Shown here: piece by piece, positions 36,972-50,913 of the stretch
How the letters are laid out: each line of letters starts with the position of its first letter
Numbering within the stretch: position 1 is the stretch's first letter
Assembly (NCBI GenBank): GCA_011109175.1
Contig: RDEW01000041.1
Coordinates: 310,001 to 374,000 of the forward strand
Direction of reading: 5' to 3'
Source of the DNA: Dicyema japonicum
Taxonomy: Eukaryota > Animalia > Dicyemida
DNA length: 64,000 nucleotides
Made by a program: the position numbers and the translations under genes
The notes under the pieces: model-generated
The model's database searches: none
The model's input: the letters and a program-made list of their open reading frames with translations, nothing else
What the model was told of the DNA's origin: nothing

Positions 36972-39138
36972 TTACTTCATGAGAAGTATTCGGTCTCTTT
37001 GATCATTCGCTTCCTTTCGAATTTCTTCAGGATAATCAGTACCAAGTATTTCTTCAAAGAATTTTATAGTTTCATCTATATCTTCCAGTAAGAGATTTTT
37101 GTCAAGATTCATCAACTTATCCCAATCGACACCAAGTCCCGTAGTATTGATACTCCCTTTATTTATCTACACGTGGGTCACCTTTAACAGGAACTAATCC
37201 AATAGGACTGCTCATACCAACATCATTATTATCAACTCTTTGTAATATCCACTCCAATACACGTGCGTTATTTGAAAATCCAGGCCATAAAAAATCGTTA
37301 TTTTCATCCACTCTAAACCAATTCACATGGAAGACTTTAGGAAGCTGAGATTAATTAGAACACGTGCCTTATTTATTCCATTATCGAAACTCAGCCAATG
37401 TTTGATGTAGTCCCCAAAATTGTACCCCATAAACGGTCTCATAGCCATTGGGTCGTGCATTATTGACTTTCCTTGAAATATTGGAGAGCAATCACCTTTG
37501 AATTCAGCAGCCGATGTTGTCTCCGATTTGAGTTGACAGCCGACAAAAACTCCGTGATTCCAACTATTTGCCTCATATACAAGGGGATTCCTGATTTAGA
37601 AACATCCCTCTACCTGTTGGACGACGGCCTCCAAATATAATAGCACTAATAGGAACTCCTTCAGGATCCTCCCATCTTGGATGAATAATAGGACATTGAG
37701 AAGCAGGTGCAGTGAACCTCGAATTAGGATGAGCTGCTGGAGTTGTGGCTGTTCTTCTACACCAAGGATTTCCATTCCAATCAGTAATCACTTCATCCTA
37801 AGGATATCTCCTATGAAGAGAACTTGGTCAATGGTATCTTCGAGTCCTTCCCAGTAAGGCATTCTGTCCTTAGTCATCCCAATATTCGTAAAAATGGTGT
37901 TTTCCTGTATTGTCTCCATCGCATAAAGATTGGTGTGGCGGTTGGTGCCTGGAGCAACTCCAAAGAAGCCACTTTCCGGATTAATTGCTCTTAGTTGGCC
38001 ATCACAGTCAAACCACATCCAAGCAATATCGTCCCCTAATATATGATCCATTATTCTCTCACCAACACACCGTAATCTCATCCCTGGAAGGATAGACTCC
38101 ATCATTGCCATGTTTGTTTTTCCACATGCACTTGGAAATGCTGCAGCGACGAATTTCTCTTCACAGCCTTCTCTGCTGATCCCCAATATCTAGAATTGAT
38201 TTTCCGGACCCATACAAGCATGTGTTCAGCCATCCAGCTTTCCCTTTTTGCAATAGTACTGGCTATTCTCAAGGCGAAACACTTTTTGCCCAAAAGTGAA
38301 TTACCGCCATAACCACTTCCAAATGACATTATCTTATTTTCGTGAGGAAAGTGAAGAATCAGCACCTTTTCGGGATTGCAACCCCAATTGTATTTGGAGT
38401 ATTCTTAACTAAACTAGTAATCGTACTGGCTTCCTTCGTATGAGGAGATCCAATGCTGTGAATACATGGGACATAATTATCATCACTGATCCTATCCCAT
38501 ACATCATTATTGACACGTGCCATTTTGTGCATATTAAGAACAGCATAACCTGAATCTGTTATTTGTATTCCAATCTTGCTGTATTTACAGCCAAATGGAC
38601 CCATTAAGAAGGGGATCACGTACATTGTACGACCTAAGGAACTTACGATTTCAATCCACCTCTCATGCAACCAGGCCACCTGCTTTCATATTCAATTCTG
38701 GCTTGTTCAGGGGACATCCACTGTCCAATTTTTACCCTCGCATTATTTTGTGAGTTGGGGATACTCTCAAATTTCTCAGGGGTCACAATATATGTCTTGG
38801 CCTCTACTCTGGCGACATCCGCAGGGTCAGTATTAGCAATATAACTTGATTGATAACTTAGGAAATACCAGTTTTTAAGATTCGTTTCTTTTAATATTTT
38901 TCGAGCTACGAGTTTAGTTATTATTTGCTCTTCCTCTCGTCGGGATCCATCACAAATGTAAACTGCTTTTGGCTGACATATCTTCACATATTCCATTATC
39001 AGATGCTTAACACTCTGCGGCAGTGTTTCAAATTCCCCATGCGTTATTGGGACTCTGAACTCCTCAAAGCAAACGTAATGAACTTCCTCAATTACTTCTA
39101 TCAATTTATTATAAAAAATGACGACCGTCAGTTGGCAT
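36972..39138 (-). CDS. PCK: Phosphoenolpyruvate carboxykinase (GTP), 11 tiny introns
   Basis: [75 protein letters not shown]. Introns are 23-28 nt, one GC-AG. One C-run frameshift near 37585. Confidence 0.95.
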
Positions 39139-39573
39139 TTTTGTTATTTATTCGCCGATTTATTTTAAATAGTTTATGGATGTGCCGAATCATCGTAGTC
39201 AGAATACAGGTAGACTCCTATGTGAGGACATTTTGTGTGGGTACAGATTTAATTACAGCGACAGCAATCTATTTTACTTTGCTCAATCACAAGAAATCTT
39301 TGAAGAATACTGCAATCTACAGCACTATATCAGAAGACGATCTTCCTGTTCTGGAGCCATTTTGACTCCAGTTATTTGGTGGATCTAGGATCCGGTTGAG
39401 GACTGTTAAGTCAATGTTCTAATTAATAGATAATCTATATTCCAGATACGTCTTAATTCTGCATAAATCGATAAAATAAAAATTTTTACTTATTGACCTA
39501 AAAAAATTAAATTTTGTTTTTTTGAATTTATAACTTTGGTTTTTTGTCAAAACAGAATAAAATAAACAGATAG

Positions 39574-39870
39574 GTCATGCAGCGGCCGCCCTGACTGTGT
39601 GGTTATTCCCTCTCAGGAGGGCGAGCGAGTTCTGCTCAAATAGTTAGCAAAACTCATTAGGATCTCCTGTTCATACAGGAATCCAATTCCCTAGAAGACT
39701 CAAGAATTCCAACGTCACGTACGAGGAGAACCAGACATTTCAATATCGAGCGGAATAAACAAAAAATTTTCAGTTATGACAGTGTAACTTGCCTGTTTTG
39801 ACCTCTCGGCCTTCTCAGCAGCAGAACAGGCTCCAGAGACTCTGGTGTAAGTTGCAAAGGGCGAATGCGT
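39574..39870 (-). mobile_element. CRE 3' fragment
   Basis: ACSAAEKAE...LAL LRGNNHTVRAAA. Confidence 0.75.
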
Positions 39871-41759
39871 CAGGATTTTTAATTTATATAATATTTTTGA
39901 TTAAAAACTTATTTTAAACAATTTGAAAAACATGAATTTTTGACTTTATTGACAAAAAGCGCCCTAATCCTTCAATGGAGTCAAAAGATTCTCTGAAAGT
40001 AATATCCTTCTTTATTGGTCTGGAGACCTTCTCTGATGAAAATTTTGTTATGTTGGTTAGCCTCCTCCGAGTAAGGACTTTTCTTCCTTTGCATTGAACA
40101 AACGTTCAAGGCGAACTGCTACAATATCCGTTGTGTTTCCTCAGCATTAGTCGACTTTTTTCGCATTAGTCATAGGAACGTAATGGACTTTTTTGTTCTC
40201 TTTTATCAGTTTCAAGCTTTGGAAGAATGTTCCTGTTTTTCTGATCTCTTTTGACACAAAATCTTAATTTTTCAGAAGTTTGGTTTATGAGCACAAGTGT
40301 TCCCTTAGATATCTTTAATACCGTGGAATCCCCTCCCCCCATTTATTTGCGTTGATAGGGAGTATCTAATTCCTAATCTAATGGAGACAATTTTATGGTC
40401 ACTTTCAACTGTCAGTCCACATAAGACTCGAATCGGGCAAAAGATTTTCCTTTTAGGTGGCAGATAAAATAATCACTATCAGCTTTCCAGTAGTCGTACA
40501 TCTGCAGTCAATCCAAGCTGCTGTGTGGCCTGAAGAATGTTGTAACCCAAAATTCAGACAAATAAGCCAAAGGCATTGCAAAAATTCGCTAAAATATGCC
40601 GAGGTAATTCCTTATGGCTCTACATGCATGAAAATCACACAAGTCAATTTGAATGACTCTTATTAAAACCAAAAAGACCTACTCCATCCTGGGAGTTAGA
40701 AATGATCTGCTCGTGTCATTCACATATCAAGTGAACCTAATAGCTCTGAGGATAAAAAAATATTGAAGGCTTCTTCGCATTCCCAAATTCCCTCGCTTGG
40801 TTGGCACTTCTATACAATTTGTTTTATCGTGAATCACTCCCTCTCGCTATCGACGTAGAGCAAATTGGAGGTGAAAGAGAACGGATTCCTAGTTTTATTG
40901 AGACGCCCGAAACGGACACCTACCTCGTTGTTACGGAAAAAATTGAAAATCGCATCGATTATGGATTAACTGACTCAAGATTTTCTTTAAAAAGTCAAGT
41001 CTCCAGAGCATCCCCCTGAAATGGAATCAGATCATCATCCAGTTAATTCTATGTTTGCTAAGAGTAATAATACATTAAATCGATGGTTGGAGCACATGGA
41101 AACCTTACCTCAGTAAAAATAACCTGAAGAAGATCGAAGACCTCCAATTAGCAAGACGGTGCACCGGAGTTGAAGTTGTAAAAGGAGAGTTAACTTAGAA
41201 CGAGGTGATGTCTTTTATATTGAGGCAAGTCTTTACAGCTGAAATACGGTTGTTGAATTCTTTGTTTTTGAAAAAAAACTGAAAATCTGTTTGTTCTTTA
41301 ATGAGAAGAGGTTCAATCATCAAAAAGACTCTCTAGACTCTTAGAAGACATAAGTGGAGTCAATTGTACAACAATATAAATTCGTTCGAAAAGCAAATAA
41401 AAAACTGCAGGTGGGAATGGGACTTTTTGTAGCAATTCAATTAAAGACATTTAACTTTTAAAGTCCTATCGTTGGGATTTGGCAGACGTGCCTTGTGAAG
41501 GTCATCAGTGTGTAAGTCACCTCCAAAGATTTTAGGATTCTTTGAAGCGGTTATAGGCACTTGGGGATATCCTTGTATCGATGATCCATCATGAATAGAG
41601 TGAAGGTGGATGATGACACAGACAGTTGATTACGTGAAAGCCCATTGACCATACGATCTGTTTCTAGAGGGGTTCGAAGGACGTCATGATAACAGGGCAG
41701 AAAAATGTGTTCAAGGGACGTCATAAAAAAAATAAATTAGAAAATTGGCGAAAGCGAGA

Positions 41760-42720
41760 AGTTTTAGGGGGGGGGGGATTCTATTTGATAGCAGTCGAGA
41801 ACTCGATCTGAAAATCCCTAAGCATCTTGTGCTCAGGAGAATAAAATAATTTTTTACCAGAGAGCCTTTTCAACATTGAATTCAAAAATGAGAGATCCAC
41901 GTCTACATACTTGCAAACATTGACCGACTTCATTGGAGTCGATTCACAACCAAGCCAAGGCACTTTAAAACAGTGCTCTGTTCGATTGACATACATAAAG
42001 CTTTTGACTCAGTCTCGAGGAAAATTCTATCGAGAAAAAATATTTCAATCGGAGATCCCAGGGAAGCTCAAGTTTTGGATCACTAACTTCCTAAGTGGAC
42101 GTGTTTGCCTCGGAGGTCTGAGATCAATCTCACGGCTCCTCCCAACGGAGTCCCTCAAGAATCTCCTTTATCCCCTGCTCTGTTTAACCCTTTTCTGACT
42201 GATATCCCGACTCTTGAATCTGATAATGATGTTCTACTTTCTTATGCGGATGATATTGTGTTGGCTTAGCGAGATCAGGACATCTAGAGGCCACAGAAAA
42301 AATACAAATTAACTTGAACAGGCTTAATGCCTGGATAATGGAAAACGGCTCGTGGTGACTGCAGAGAAGTTGTCTACGTCACTATTTACCTCTGACAAAA
42401 GATTGGGAACGAAGACAGTCATCTCGAAGTTAAACAAGGTCGGCATCCCTTTCAACAGATGTCAAGGGAACTTGGGTGTTACAATTGATATGCTGACGGA
42501 GCGTTGGATTGTGAAGATCACCGAACCTGGACATACGCCTCTGGAGGCCCTTATGAGACTAGTCTTCAGATCACGGGGAAATGGACCTGAAAATGTACGT
42601 TCATGCACGGGCACGAAGGAAGAACACCGAGCAAAGATGAGGTCTCTGTTAAAATGCATCGGGATCACGTGATAATTAGTTGGTTTTACCATGGTCTTGG
42701 TATAAATAAATAAAAATAAA
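41760..42720 (+). mobile_element. I/Jockey-like LINE, RT and 3' end with internal deletions
   Basis: GVPQ..LSPLLFN, LSYADDIV, C-terminus CTGTKEEHRAKMRSLLKCIGIT*, (TAAA)n tail. Confidence 0.8.
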
Positions 42721-42800
42721 GTAGTCCTCGCCGACATTCTCGACGTTGCGTTGCCTCTCACGATTGCAACAGAAATCAACCGGAGAAGACACCGGGTCTC
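42721..42800 (-). mobile_element. CRE 3' terminal fragment
   Basis: ISVAIVRGNATSRMSA. Confidence 0.65.
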
Positions 42801-42804
42801 TAAT

Positions 42805-43330
42805 TAATTAAGATAATTGACTTTGCATTTCCTTCGCCAATAGTGAAATTGCATAAGCTATTTAAGGTCATCAACTTGTTTCATCACCACATTACAAGAC
42901 ATCTTAGTTCCATTCGCAGTTGTTTTTGTGGATAACGGTGTATTTTTAATTTGATTTAAAATCTCTGTTTTATTTGTAAAATTTTGGAATAGTTGTGATA
43001 ATTTTAGAAAACTTTTTGTATTCACCATCTGTGATGATTTTCCCATTTTTGCAATCTCATGACGACGATGAAGCTTCCAAAATTAGTAGTCCTGGCAGAC
43101 TGCTTCAATAATGTTGAACTTCAATTTTAATATTTTTTGGAGTCTTCGACAGCTAATTTTTGTGGCATCGCCAATTGGATATTTTCTTTAAAAATCACCA
43201 TGCTTGAATGAAAGTGTCTCCCAAGAATTGACTTTTTGTTACTGGTTGAATTTAGTGGCAAAGGAGACATTTTGGAAGGTGATCTGATATGATGGCAAAA
43301 TTCTCAGTCCATTGAGGTTTAAAAAAAGGT
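42805..43330 (-). pseudogene. hAT (GTF2IRD2/EPM2AIP1-like) transposase N-terminal remnant
   Basis: IAKMGKS...LFQNFTNKTEILNQIKNTPLSTKTT...KQVDDLK; frameshifted. Confidence 0.65.
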
Positions 43331-43367
43331 TTTCTATCCGTTTTTTACTTAATTTCTAATTTATAGA

Positions 43368-43673
43368 CATTCTTGAACCGGTCGGGTTATGCAGAAGTGA
43401 CGGGAAACGACCGGACGGGATGACCATATTTCCATTTGAGGCCGGGAAACCACTGGTTTGGGATGTGACATGTACAGACACGTTCGCCCAGAAAAATCTT
43501 ACGAGAGTGCTACAAGGGCCTGTTCAGCATCCGTAAAGGCGGAGAAGGCCAAACTCGTTAAATACGTCGACCTTCCCGATGATGTCAAATTTGTTCCCCT
43601 TGCTATGGAGACTTCCGGATCCTACTCCCCCTCTACACTCGAGTTTTTCAGGACGTCTTGGGAACCGGATCAC
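43368..43673 (+). mobile_element. CRE endonuclease fragment, near-identical to 60955-61258
   Basis: ILEPVGLCRSDGKRPDGMTIFPFEAGKPLVWDVTC; few substitutions against the other copy. Confidence 0.9.
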
Positions 43674-43679
43674 GAAGTG

Positions 43680-44185
43680 GATGACTTTTTCGACGATTCA
43701 ATGGTATTCTGAGACATCTGTTTTGTAAAACTTCCAGCTTGCTCTGTGCCGTAGTGATAACGGGGCATTCCATGCAGACAGGCGTACTCGATACTTGGTA
43801 GAACAAATTGTTTGTATAGAAGTTCTAACGATTGGCGGGAAGATATTGAGGAGTGCGTAAAAGCCTTGATACTTCCAATTTTATTTTGGATCCTCGCGGT
43901 TACCTGGTCCACTCGATGAGTGAATGTGACGAGAGGATCCAGGATGACTCCAAATATTAAAGGGTCTTTTTAATGGGGAGCGGGGAATCATACTATTTTA
44001 TTCTGGTGTTGCCCATATTTTTTTTCGTGCTGAGTATACGTCATTACATGTGACTTTCCTGGTGATATATTTAGACGGTTTTTTCAGGAACCAAATACCC
44101 ATTTGGTTTAGTAGATCTTGCACGGACCGTGTCGCCTCCTCGATTCTTCGATGTTTCACTGCGACTACAAGATCACCACATACGA
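43680..44185 (-). mobile_element. I/Jockey-like LINE RT C-terminal fragment
   Basis: LLYKQFVLPSIEYA, FGVILDPLVTFTH. Confidence 0.6.
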
Positions 44186-45799
44186 TAAAAGAATTGAGTT
44201 TTTGGTGGTTGCCCCTCTCTACCGACGTATGTACACTGGATGAGGTAACAGATGTCCTCTGTTCCTTTTGTTACCTCTCCGAGTTGACAGCAAATCACTT
44301 TTTGAATGTCTTGAATTAGAATACTGTTCGTCTACAATGCCAAGACTTTTGCTGTGTCCTACTTAATAGCCGCTGGTGTCCTACAGGTTAGTGAGGCCGG
44401 GGTAACTAACTAAGTTGTCTCTTGTGTCAAAATCTCATCCCCCATTACGTTAAAATCAAACGGAATTCAAACCACCAATCTTTGTGTACCCAACATTTCA
44501 TAATTGGTCAGAAGATCCAGGACTGTATAAGCAAAAAGCTACACAACCTCAATCGTCGCCAATTGGGATATTCCATAGTTATTGCAATTAGTAATTAACA
44601 GATCTGTCTAGGAAGTACAATAACATTTGTCACTCACTTTTGATTGACTTTAATTAGTCACGGCAGACACATTTGAGCTACTCGAGGTAATCCGTCTATA
44701 ATACTTTGAGAAGAAATCAAGTGAAGTAAGTGATCTAATGTTCTCTTTAAAGTTGCATAATGGGGAGGACTTTCGATTCCATAGTAACCCATGGGAGACG
44801 AATTTTTTTAATAACATTCAATCGATTAGTTTATTTTAGTAACACTACTCAATTTTCCTACCCACTGAGTGAGTCCAGGGGGTTCTTATATTCTCGTCTC
44901 CCAAAATGTGTTTCCCTGTCTAGCAAAGCATAGGCTCTCTCCCATAATTTGTATGAGAACCCAAGATCTCTGCCAATAAGTAATCGTAAGATTCATTAGC
45001 TTTAACTTTGTGACTGAGTTTTATTGCAGGAAACTCACTCTCTGCAATCAAATGTGTTAAAGCTGTATTAAATCTCACAGAACTAGTTCTACAGACTATT
45101 CTAACACTCAAGGGAGCCCACGTGCATTTGTAAAGCACATAATAAATTGGTGTTTTTCATTATCTCTCAAATCAAAAGGGTAGATCCAACAAGAGAATGT
45201 CTCTTCAGAATGAGTGAAGGGAATAATAAGATTATCAATATTTCAACAAAAGCATTGATTACCCATAAAAAAGTAATCCATCTCAGCGTGCTAACTAATG
45301 AATGATTGTCATGAGTAATTAATACATTATTGACATATCGACCTTTGTCTGAGACAATTTGTTTGATTGCCCACTTTCCTAATCACCCCTCTTCAAACAC
45401 CTAACTTACCGACACTAAAGACCGAACGTCCCACCATCAAGTCACACAAACCCTTCCTTCAACCACCGCACCAAATCAAGACTAAGACTGACAGTAATGA
45501 TGAAAAGGCCAATTCGTAATATTCTCTGATAGTTAGCATGATGTGAGTGATACGTGAGATGTGATATAAACAGATACTTAATATTATAGGATTGTCGCTA
45601 ATTACCCGCCAAGTGGTAAAAACGACAGAACGACTGCGGCAGACATTGAATTGACTTATTTATAGCGAATACTACTAAATTTGCAAAACACGTACTGTAG
45701 GTTTACATCAAATACGCTTATTCTGACTAAACACTACTAAATTTTCTAAAGTTAGTTGATGATTCTGATTACAGTGCTCTATAAAGCTACACAGATTGA

Positions 45800-46956
45800 C
45801 TGCGGGGACTCGGGTTCTCAGACTCCTGCAACCCCACTGAGAAGAACGGAACCAGAAAGGAAGACTCAGATGATACGAGGACTCTGTCCTTTCTGGACCA
45901 ACTGAATGTTCTACGATCACCGATTGAGGATCTCCCGAACAAAGTCCTCACAAAAATCCTCAACCTCCTCAACTCAGTTGAACGAATAAAGGGCTCTCAG
46001 GTATGCCGAAAATGGCGGGAAATACTTTCCAAAGAGGACATATGGGCTGAAATCTCCTTGGGAGACTGCGACTCCTTCGACCTCCTTCATATTGGCATGT
46101 TCATTGGTTCTCGAGGATTTTCTGTGGAGAAAATTGATGTCAAAAATGCCGCCAACCTCATCTACCGCTCCATCAGATTTATGACCCCCATGAAGCCTAC
46201 TCTGAAATATCTCCGACTCTGTCGCCTCAGTAACATGAGAATGGACGTGATCCTTGACTTCCTCTCAGCGTGCCCTAACCTGGTTCAGTTGGACCTTTCC
46301 AAGTCCTCATTTCTTAATCCTTTGAGGAGTCTGAGGAGGATTCCCCCAAACAGTGGTCTTTCCTACCTCAATTTGGACAGATGCGACACCCTCACTTCTC
46401 AGGTGCTCAAAAATTGGACAAAATTTGCTCCCAACCTGTCCTTCTTCGTCCATCTGAAGCACTGTACCAGACTCACGGATGACGGAATATCCGTTCTTGT
46501 TAAAAACTGCCCCAATCTCACGGAAATCACAATGGATTGTTGTCCATTGCTCACAGACGAGGCAATCACGTGCATTGCCCGACTGGGGGCCACCCTAAAG
46601 TCCTTCAGTGGAAAATATTGCTCGATATCTGACCATGGAGTCCACAACCTGGCCATCAAATGTACAAATCTGACACAACTGAACCTCCACGGATGTCCCC
46701 TGGTTGGAGAATTGGGGATCCTTGCTTTGTCGAGGAACTGCAAAATCCTAAAAGTGATTGACCTCTCTCATACCCAAGTAAACGACATCGCTCTCAGAGA
46801 ATTGATCAAGCTGGGATTTATTGAACAGATCAGGGTGGAGAATTGCCAAACCTCTCCGACCAGATGATTGATTTTGTGGTTAATGGATGGAATATGGTCA
46901 TCTTGGACAAAACTGTAAGAAAGAGAGCTCCAAGTGCCACCATGCTTATCATTTGA
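45800..46956 (+). CDS. F-box/leucine-rich-repeat (FBXL) protein; start unresolved
   Basis: F-box DLPNKVLTKILNLL..VERIKGSQVCRKW followed by Cys-containing LRRs (LKHCTRLTDDGI, LNLHGCPLV). One apparent frameshift near 46847. Confidence 0.85.
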
Positions 46957-47199
46957 CTGATTTGTTTGAATAAATATTATTTTTAATGAATTAGTAGCCT
47001 ACAAGCGAGAGAAAGTCAAATATTTTAATTTGTAGGATCAAAAATATTCTCGGTTAGTAAACTTGATAACAATGTCTCTCGAAAAGTAGGACACGTGATA
47101 CAACATGAAAATTCTTCCTGATTTATCTATTTGTTGCAATTTGGCTCAAATATATGGTAATGAGACTAGTTGTTACTTGACCGAGGGAGAACATATGCT

Positions 47200-47475
47200 T
47201 GTGCAAACCAAATCCATCTTCCAATAGACATTACAGACTTCCGCTTCAGAAGAGAGGTGGAGAAGTAGGTTCGGCCTCTTCAATTTTTGTCGCATGTCCT
47301 ACCGTCGCGGACATCACTTCAATCTTTGTCGTGCAAGAAGTACTCGTCGCCTCACGAGTGGGATCTGTTTAGCAAATGGTCCAGAGATTGACCTTTGCTG
47401 AAAACTCCATCTTTCGGATTCGAACCCACGACCTTCAGATCCTATGTAATCATACGTTACGTTCAGCCAGAAGAT
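47200..47475 (-). mobile_element. tRNA-derived SINE-like remnant
   Basis: B-box GGGTTCGAATCC on the minus strand at about 47416-47427, with a degenerate A-box. Confidence 0.4.
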
Positions 47476-47685
47476 CATGGAGCCAAAAAATTCGTTAATA
47501 ATAATAACACCAGAGACCACGGTTACACAATCTAACTAATCACGTAATCCCAGCACACTCTCAATGGTTTATTCTGTGTTACTAATTAGTATAGGGGGTG
47601 AAAATCTTAGCAGAAGTATTTAAATTTTATGAAAAATTAAGAAATTATTTGAATTACAATAAATATTTAAATAGAACGTTTTTTA

Positions 47686-48120
47686 ATGGGTCGTCGTGGT
47701 GGTATGTCTCGCGGTACAAGGTATGTATAAAACATTCCATGGTTAGATCCCGTAGTCCATCGCCTTCAGGAAATCTTCCTTCACGAACAAGACAACAAAC
47801 AGCTCCCGTTCCAGCGACTCCAGCCGGTCCAGGACTCATGGGGCAAATGGCTGCCACCGCGGGGGGTGTAGCAGTTGGATCAGCTATTGTAGTCCCCATT
47901 TGTCATTCCAAAGGGTCATACGGTCGGCCATGCCATAACAGGAGCTTTCAGTGGAGGTTCTTCCCAGTCAGAAGTGGCGGAAAGAACCCAGCCTGAGCAA
48001 GTCTGTGGAGAGGAAATGAAACGTTTCATGGAATGTGCCCAAACCTACAGTGAGGACATCTCCCTTTGCCAAGGATTTGCTGATCTTCATAAGAAATGCA
48101 GGGCCGGCTATAATTTATAA
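47686..48120 (+). CDS. CHCHD2: CHCHD2/CHCHD10 (Mix17) family mitochondrial protein
   Basis: PGLMGQMAATAGGVAVGSAI|GHTVGHAITG and twin CX9C. Introns are 26 and 25 nt. Confidence 0.92.
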
Positions 48121-48374
48121 CTCAACTAATAATCTCTAACATTACTAATGAGATCTATTTTTACTAATAAGTGGTATTACAAGCCTAGTGTGCATTATTG
48201 GCCAATTGTGGTTAGGATGCTTAATCTTTGCATGTGTGAATTTCCGACGTTGTTCATGTGGTTCTGCGCTCGATTCCTACTGGTGTGGATCGGTGTGACG
48301 TTATGTGGTCAGTCTGTTAATGGTATCGAGTAGGAAGGAGCAGAAATCCTCCCAATATCACTTACGAGTTAATC

Positions 48375-48540
48375 CAAAACCAACTGAAAGGGGAGAGAAT
48401 GTATGGTCTTCGCAGATGTGGAAACCCCTCCAGTAGAGTGGGGGAAAGCAAATGATTTTTTGTACCTCTTTGGCACTGGGTGCCATCTACTAAAACAAAA
48501 ATAAGAGAAATCGTCAATCAAGTAGCCACATGGCACCACA
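48375..48540 (-). mobile_element. SINE family A, partial
   Basis: Reverse complement of atcatttgctttccccactctactggaggggtttcc. Confidence 0.7.
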
Positions 48541-50559
48541 ATGTATTTTAGGCTTGTTAATTCCTCCGTGAATTGTGATAACTACATTACGACTTTTTTA
48601 AATCTACAATTCGAAAATGAAAGCTCGACTAGTCTATCAGTGGATGGTGAGCCACTTAAATGACTCCCACTAAATTCCCTTATCATCTATGATTATTACA
48701 ACCATCGTTCGCGTTCTTCTATTGCTCATGAACGAAATGACGGATTCGGAAGACACGAATTTTGAAGGATCGAATGTTCCGGGTTTGTATCCCATCTGAC
48801 TTGAAGTCAGGAGAAACTTCACAAACTAGAATGTTCTATTATTCTAGAATGTTCTATTAATAATGCTGACAGATAATTTGTAATGAATGAGGTGGTTTCC
48901 TAATCCGTCAATGGTCTAATGGTATTTAGGTTGGCCCTGTGGTGGATACTATTATCACATTCCAGGATCTTCAATGGCCGACTATATATTTATCCTCATC
49001 CAGTCTTCCTCGCTGGTCTTAGTGATTTTTCTTTATCCTCAACCGAGCAAACTTTTTTAACCGATCTCCTAGTTTTCTCGTGAAGTTCGGATTTCTTAGA
49101 CACATCCGAGATTAGTCGGCCATCCACATAACTTGAGTGACACAAAATTTGTGAGAAGATGCTCAAAGCCCTTGAAGACTCTCCTTCTCAACAATTCCAT
49201 CATAGGTATGTTGTCATATTTCACAAAGGACACTAGTTACACTAGTTAACATAAGAGATCTCTGAGGAAGAAAGGTCGAGGTTGACTCGAATGAAATTAC
49301 AGACAAGAATCAAACGCTTTCTTAGCACGAACCCATGAGATAAACCCCTCCCTTTAACACATTGTCCTGTTAAATCATCTTTCATAGAAGCTATTAGAAC
49401 AAACTTGAGAGCCCCATTACTCCAAATCAGAATATTAAATGTCATTACACGTTAAAGATTCAATGTACCCGGCAAAGTATCACAAACATACATTTGTGAG
49501 TTGCAAGCAGGAATTAGTGTTGCACACATCAGATTGTCCATTACAAGGGAAATGAACATGCCATATATGCAGAAATATGTATTAACTAATAAAATCAGAT
49601 TTGAAAAGCTCGATTAATAACATCAGCAATCAGAGCAAATATATCATCATTTCATTTACTACAACAACCCACAAAGGCAAAACACGTTATAATAAGCGAT
49701 TATATAAAATATTTAAAATAATTTTTATCACAAAAATATATTGTAATTTATTTTTAATTAATAGTGAGAAAAAAGCCAGAGGGATTTTCTAAGAAAAATA
49801 CACGTGGGGAGGGTGAAGAGGGTCTTTAAGTTGCTATGAAGAAAATGGCATCCAAATTTTGTAATGAGGAGGTGACCCACTTTGAAATTTAAAATCCAAC
49901 CTTTTTTTGGAAAAATTATAATCCTCTGAAAAGCCTCTCAGGATTATGGAGGTCCGGAAACCATCAAATCCTGAATTCTGTTACAAACAGTACATCTTCC
50001 ACACGTGTGCTTCTGGAGGTTATTCATCTCTGGACCACATCCTAGAATATCGCGGCCGCGAGAACTAGCATACAGAGTGACAAACAATGGGTTTCTGGGA
50101 AAAAGGGGCAACTCGACATCTCGGGAGTCACTAATTCAAAGAAATGATGCTGGATGTCTGTTTTATTAGATAGTCCCCTTGTCCTTGCTAGTTGGTGCTA
50201 TCGTTCGCCTCGGGATTAGCTGTTGGTTTGGATCCCACCAAGTTACTTACATGGTCGGACGATTCCGTGCTGCTCTTTGCCTTCTTCAATTTTTTTGAGG
50301 CGTCATGGAACCCACAAACTTAGGAAACGCCCAGTGTTTTGACCGGAATCCATCCAACAAAAATCCCTCTCTTCCATACTCCGGTGAAGGGAACCTCACA
50401 ATGGCGTATATGGATAGACCCGCGAACAATGAAAACCATCTCCGTTCAGGGGGTCTCTGATTAATGTCTTTCGTGAGTTACTAAAGGGGTTCAATATATA
50501 AAAGTTTCACCGAAAATCAAAAAATTGTCAAAATACAAACAAGAGAGAGAAAAAACAAA

Positions 50560-50642
50560 GATACTGTCGACCAAGTCTCCACTGAGAGAATCAAACCACG
50601 GACCTTCGTTAGTGTCATAACAACCACTAAACTACCTGGTCC
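50560..50642 (-). pseudogene. tRNA-like / SINE head remnant
   Basis: GGTAGTTTAGTGGTT ... GGTTTGATTCTC, degenerate A and B boxes. Confidence 0.4.
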
Positions 50643-50913
50643 AAGAAAATAATCAGAATTATCTTACAGTCACTTTACTACTTAGTTTATAAGTAATTTC
50701 ATGAAACCAATCATAAAATGGCTATCAACCCCGGATTCTATAAATTTGTGATAAAACCTATCACTTCAATATTTTTCCGTTCAGGAATCAATAATTATTC
50801 TGTTTCCATCGGCTGACATGATATAAAATGTATTTAGTAAATTCTTAGCTAAAATACAGCCAAAGAAATTACTTCCTCATAAAACAACCGTACTTCTCAT
50901 ATTCTGCTTAGAG

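Noticed and set aside
35760-40290. Shared ~55-bp block at 35760-35815 and 40235-40290
   Set aside because: Probably two decayed copies of an unclassified transposon; no termini or recognisable protein found.
48600-49620. Laminin-EGF-like gene on the minus strand (CNGQSDVC, LTGQC)
   Set aside because: I could not build a consistent spliced frame, so the evidence is too weak to call.
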